The notes below the pieces were generated by a model that saw only the letters and a program-made list of their open reading frames with translations, was not told the origin of the DNA and ran no database searches. Shown here in pieces: positions 61,909 through 64,000 of a stretch of 64,000 bases of DNA (the first letter of the stretch is position 1; the number at the start of each line of letters is the position of its first letter). This stretch comes from an uncultured archaeon. GTDB lineage: Archaea; Thermoproteota; Bathyarchaeia; Bathyarchaeales; Bathycorpusculaceae. Location: positions 128,001 to 192,000 of the forward strand of contig CAWENF010000021.1 of NCBI GenBank assembly GCA_963810275.1. The letters run 5' to 3'. The position numbers and the translations under genes were made by a program.

Positions 61909-62954
61909 AGCCAAAGCTGGTTCTGGATATCTTCAGATGTCATGCCTGCCTCAACGCCTAAGGTTGCGGCGACCAAGTTGTGGACTTCCGCCTCTTTTTG
62001 CGTGATAAAGCCCAAAGTGGAGGAAATATTGAAGACTTCTCGAATCTGCGTCTTATGTGCGTGCATCAGCAGTGCACGTTGGAATGCCTGTTCAGCGTTT
62101 GCCACTGTCTCCTCAGCGGTTTCGGCTAGCTCAAAGAACGCAGTATAGTGACTTCCCTTCACGATTTTAAAGGCAGTTGCGAAGTTGAGCGCCGTAATTA
62201 TGGCTTCCACTTCCTTAGTCAACTTAAAAGTCTCCTTAGGGACCGATAGACGCAACATGTTTGAGTCATAACCCAGATTTTTACCCCGCAGTAATGTAAG
62301 CAAAACAAAACTATCATTCCACATGCCAGCGTAGAAGGCAGCATGCGATTTCTCGGCTCTGGGAAGATGACTGTAAACTTTGTATAGCTGCTCGTAGAAG
62401 AAGGCGTCAGTGAATATGTCGATGGCTGTTGCGAAGCCTGTGCGCTCAAAACTTTTTAACCCCAAGCTAAGAGCCTCACCGTACTCGGTATCCTTAAAAA
62501 CTTGCACCGCATCTGCTAAGCTGGGGGCTTTGGAGGCTTCCTCCATCAAAGCATTGTGCTCGAAATACTTCGCTACGGGGGTGTAGATTCGGCCGAGACG
62601 CTGCTCAACGGGTAGTTTGGCGTTGGCGGCTCGAATTAGGGTTTTTATGTTTTCCAGTTCCAGCCGCTTAAGGTACAAGTCGAGGTACCGTACTGCTCTA
62701 GGCGGGGAATACTTTATAATTTTAAGATAGGTCTCGATAAGGTTCTCATTGAAGGAGCGCTCCATTTTTCGGCCCGTAATAGGCGACACGATACGGCTGA
62801 TTTGCTCTTGGTAAGGAGAATCCCGAAGTTGCCCCATCACCTCAGCGAGATTTTTAGCTTCACATAACGCTTTGATTTTTGCTTCAGACAAGAATTTGCT
62901 GCGTTCAGCACCGATTTTAGGAAGAACGGCAGCGTATTTAGTTGTCTGCATCAA
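61905..62954 (-). CDS. atpC: A-type ATP synthase subunit C
   Basis: ENIKTLIRA, KEAEVHNL; size and position. Confidence 0.88.
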   Translation of the reverse strand: MMQTTKYAAVLPKIGAERSKFLSEAKIKALCEAKNLAEVMGQLRDSPYQEQISRIVSPITGRKMERSFNENLIETYLKIIKYSPPRAVRYLDLYLKRLELENIKTLIRAANAKLPVEQRLGRIYTPVAKYFEHNALMEEASKAPSLADAVQVFKDTEYGEALSLGLKSFERTGFATAIDIFTDAFFYEQLYKVYSHLPRAEKSHAAFYAGMWNDSFVLLTLLRGKNLGYDSNMLRLSVPKETFKLTKEVEAIITALNFATAFKIVKGSHYTAFFELAETAEETVANAEQAFQRALLMHAHKTQIREVFNISSTLGFITQKEAEVHNLVAATLGVEAGMTSEDIQNQLWL

Positions 62955-63268
62955 AGGTTTTCCTCAAGCACGGCATCAACTATGACGTCCACGGCTTTAT
63001 CCATACGAGTCTTAGCTTGCGCTTTGAGTTTCTCAGCTTCACTGTCAGTTTCATCGAGCCGTTTTTGGCGAAGTTGGTTGGCTTCGGCTACGGCGGCGTC
63101 ATAGCGTTTTTTGGATTCTTCGGCGGCATAGGCTTTGCTGTTTTTAAGCAGGCTTTGGGCATCTTTTTGGGCTTGAACGATGATTTGGCGAGATTTTTCT
63201 TTGGCGTCGGATTGGATTTTTTCGGCTTGGGCTTCGATGCGTTTTAGTTCCTCCCACACCTTATGCAT
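62951..63268 (-). CDS. atpH: A-type ATP synthase subunit H/G (peripheral stalk)
   Basis: LKRIEAQAEKI...AK coiled coil ending MDKAVDVIVDAV; first gene of the cluster. Confidence 0.82.
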   Translation of the reverse strand: MHKVWEELKRIEAQAEKIQSDAKEKSRQIIVQAQKDAQSLLKNSKAYAAEESKKRYDAAVAEANQLRQKRLDETDSEAEKLKAQAKTRMDKAVDVIVDAVLEENL

Positions 63269-63362
63269 AGCTACTTACCTTGCACTATTTGGTTATGAAA
63301 GTATCATAAGACACTTACGGTAGCCACAGCCCACACGGGAGCCAAAACCTGAAAAGGAACTT

Positions 63363-64000
63363 TTAGACTAAGCTTTTTTGCTTGTATCCCATAACAGCGG
63401 CATACACCTTTTCAGGCGTGTACCCAGCGAAACTCAGCAGGTTAGCCGCCGCCGAATAAAGCAGCAGCAAGTACTTTTGGGCATCAGCGTTGACGCCTCG
63501 CTCGATTAACTGTCCCGCCTTCACCCTACGCATAAACCGCTTGTTATTTGCGTCGGTAAAAAGGAACCTCACGCTGGTACCCGCATGCACTTCCAGTCCC
63601 TGATTGGCAAGTTGCTGGGCGGCTATGACTTGACTGACCTGCTGGCGGTAACGTTTGGGTGGCTTAGACATGTGTTTGCTTATTATCAAATCAGATAAGG
63701 CAACTTCACCATAAAGTAGCTGTTGCCGGTAGTTGCGCACCACACCAATTGCCTCTGGAATAAGCTTGTGAACTTCTTTGGCGTCATTGGCTTCGGCTAA
63801 AATCTTAATCATATCTGTTTGAGCGTTGAAAATGAAGCGAGGTGTGTCACCTTTACTCACTTCTAGCCCGAGAACTTTGATTTTGCCGTTGTCCATTGCC
63901 CCCACATAGCGATTGAGAACACTAACCCGTGGATGAATGCGGGAAGACAAAAAAACTATCCACTTGTAGTGACCCTCAAAGTTGATGGGAATCCCCGTTT
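63363..64000 (-). CDS. Family B DNA polymerase (PolB2-like), C-terminal part; runs off window
   Basis: Frame open to the edge: TGIPINFEGHYKWIVFL...LNRYVG...KVLGLE...DTP...QKYLLLL. Confidence 0.8.
   Translation of the reverse strand, partial: TGIPINFEGHYKWIVFLSSRIHPRVSVLNRYVGAMDNGKIKVLGLEVSKGDTPRFIFNAQTDMIKILAEANDAKEVHKLIPEAIGVVRNYRQQLLYGEVALSDLIISKHMSKPPKRYRQQVSQVIAAQQLANQGLEVHAGTSVRFLFTDANNKRFMRRVKAGQLIERGVNADAQKYLLLLYSAAANLLSFAGYTPEKVYAAVMGYKQKSLV

Overview
Archaeal chromosomal DNA of the TACK superphylum, most likely Bathyarchaeia. This assignment is inferred from the 16S sequence, archaeal ribosomal, Sm and A-ATPase genes, and the protein families; no search was run. The window carries SSB, a DUF35-HMG-CoA synthase fusion paired with a thiolase that has lost all catalytic residues, pncB, mre11/rad50, membrane proteases, rpsJ and an HtrA/NfeD/stomatin cluster. 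A ~15 kb phosphate/polyphosphate island follows (CYTH, Lys-tailed GIY-YIG-like protein, ppk1, CHAD-metallophosphatase-HD fusion, ppx, ppk2, pstSCAB-phoU, AbrB-PhoU regulator), with a duplicated candidate operator and an unannotated Cys-rich small ORF. Further on are rpl37e/Sm, a stand-alone 16S rRNA gene with a clear bulge-helix-bulge processing stem and no adjacent 23S, and an unexplained cluster of long G-U-rich hairpins. The window ends with a P-type H+-ATPase, an A1Ao ATP synthase cluster in which atpI is inverted, and the 3' end of a PolB2-like gene. About ten single-base frameshifts, one in atpF, suggest consensus indel errors rather than real pseudogenes. The best candidates for undescribed biology are the pseudo-thiolase/DUF35-HMGCS pair, the extended polyphosphate regulon, the inverted atpI and the hairpin cluster.
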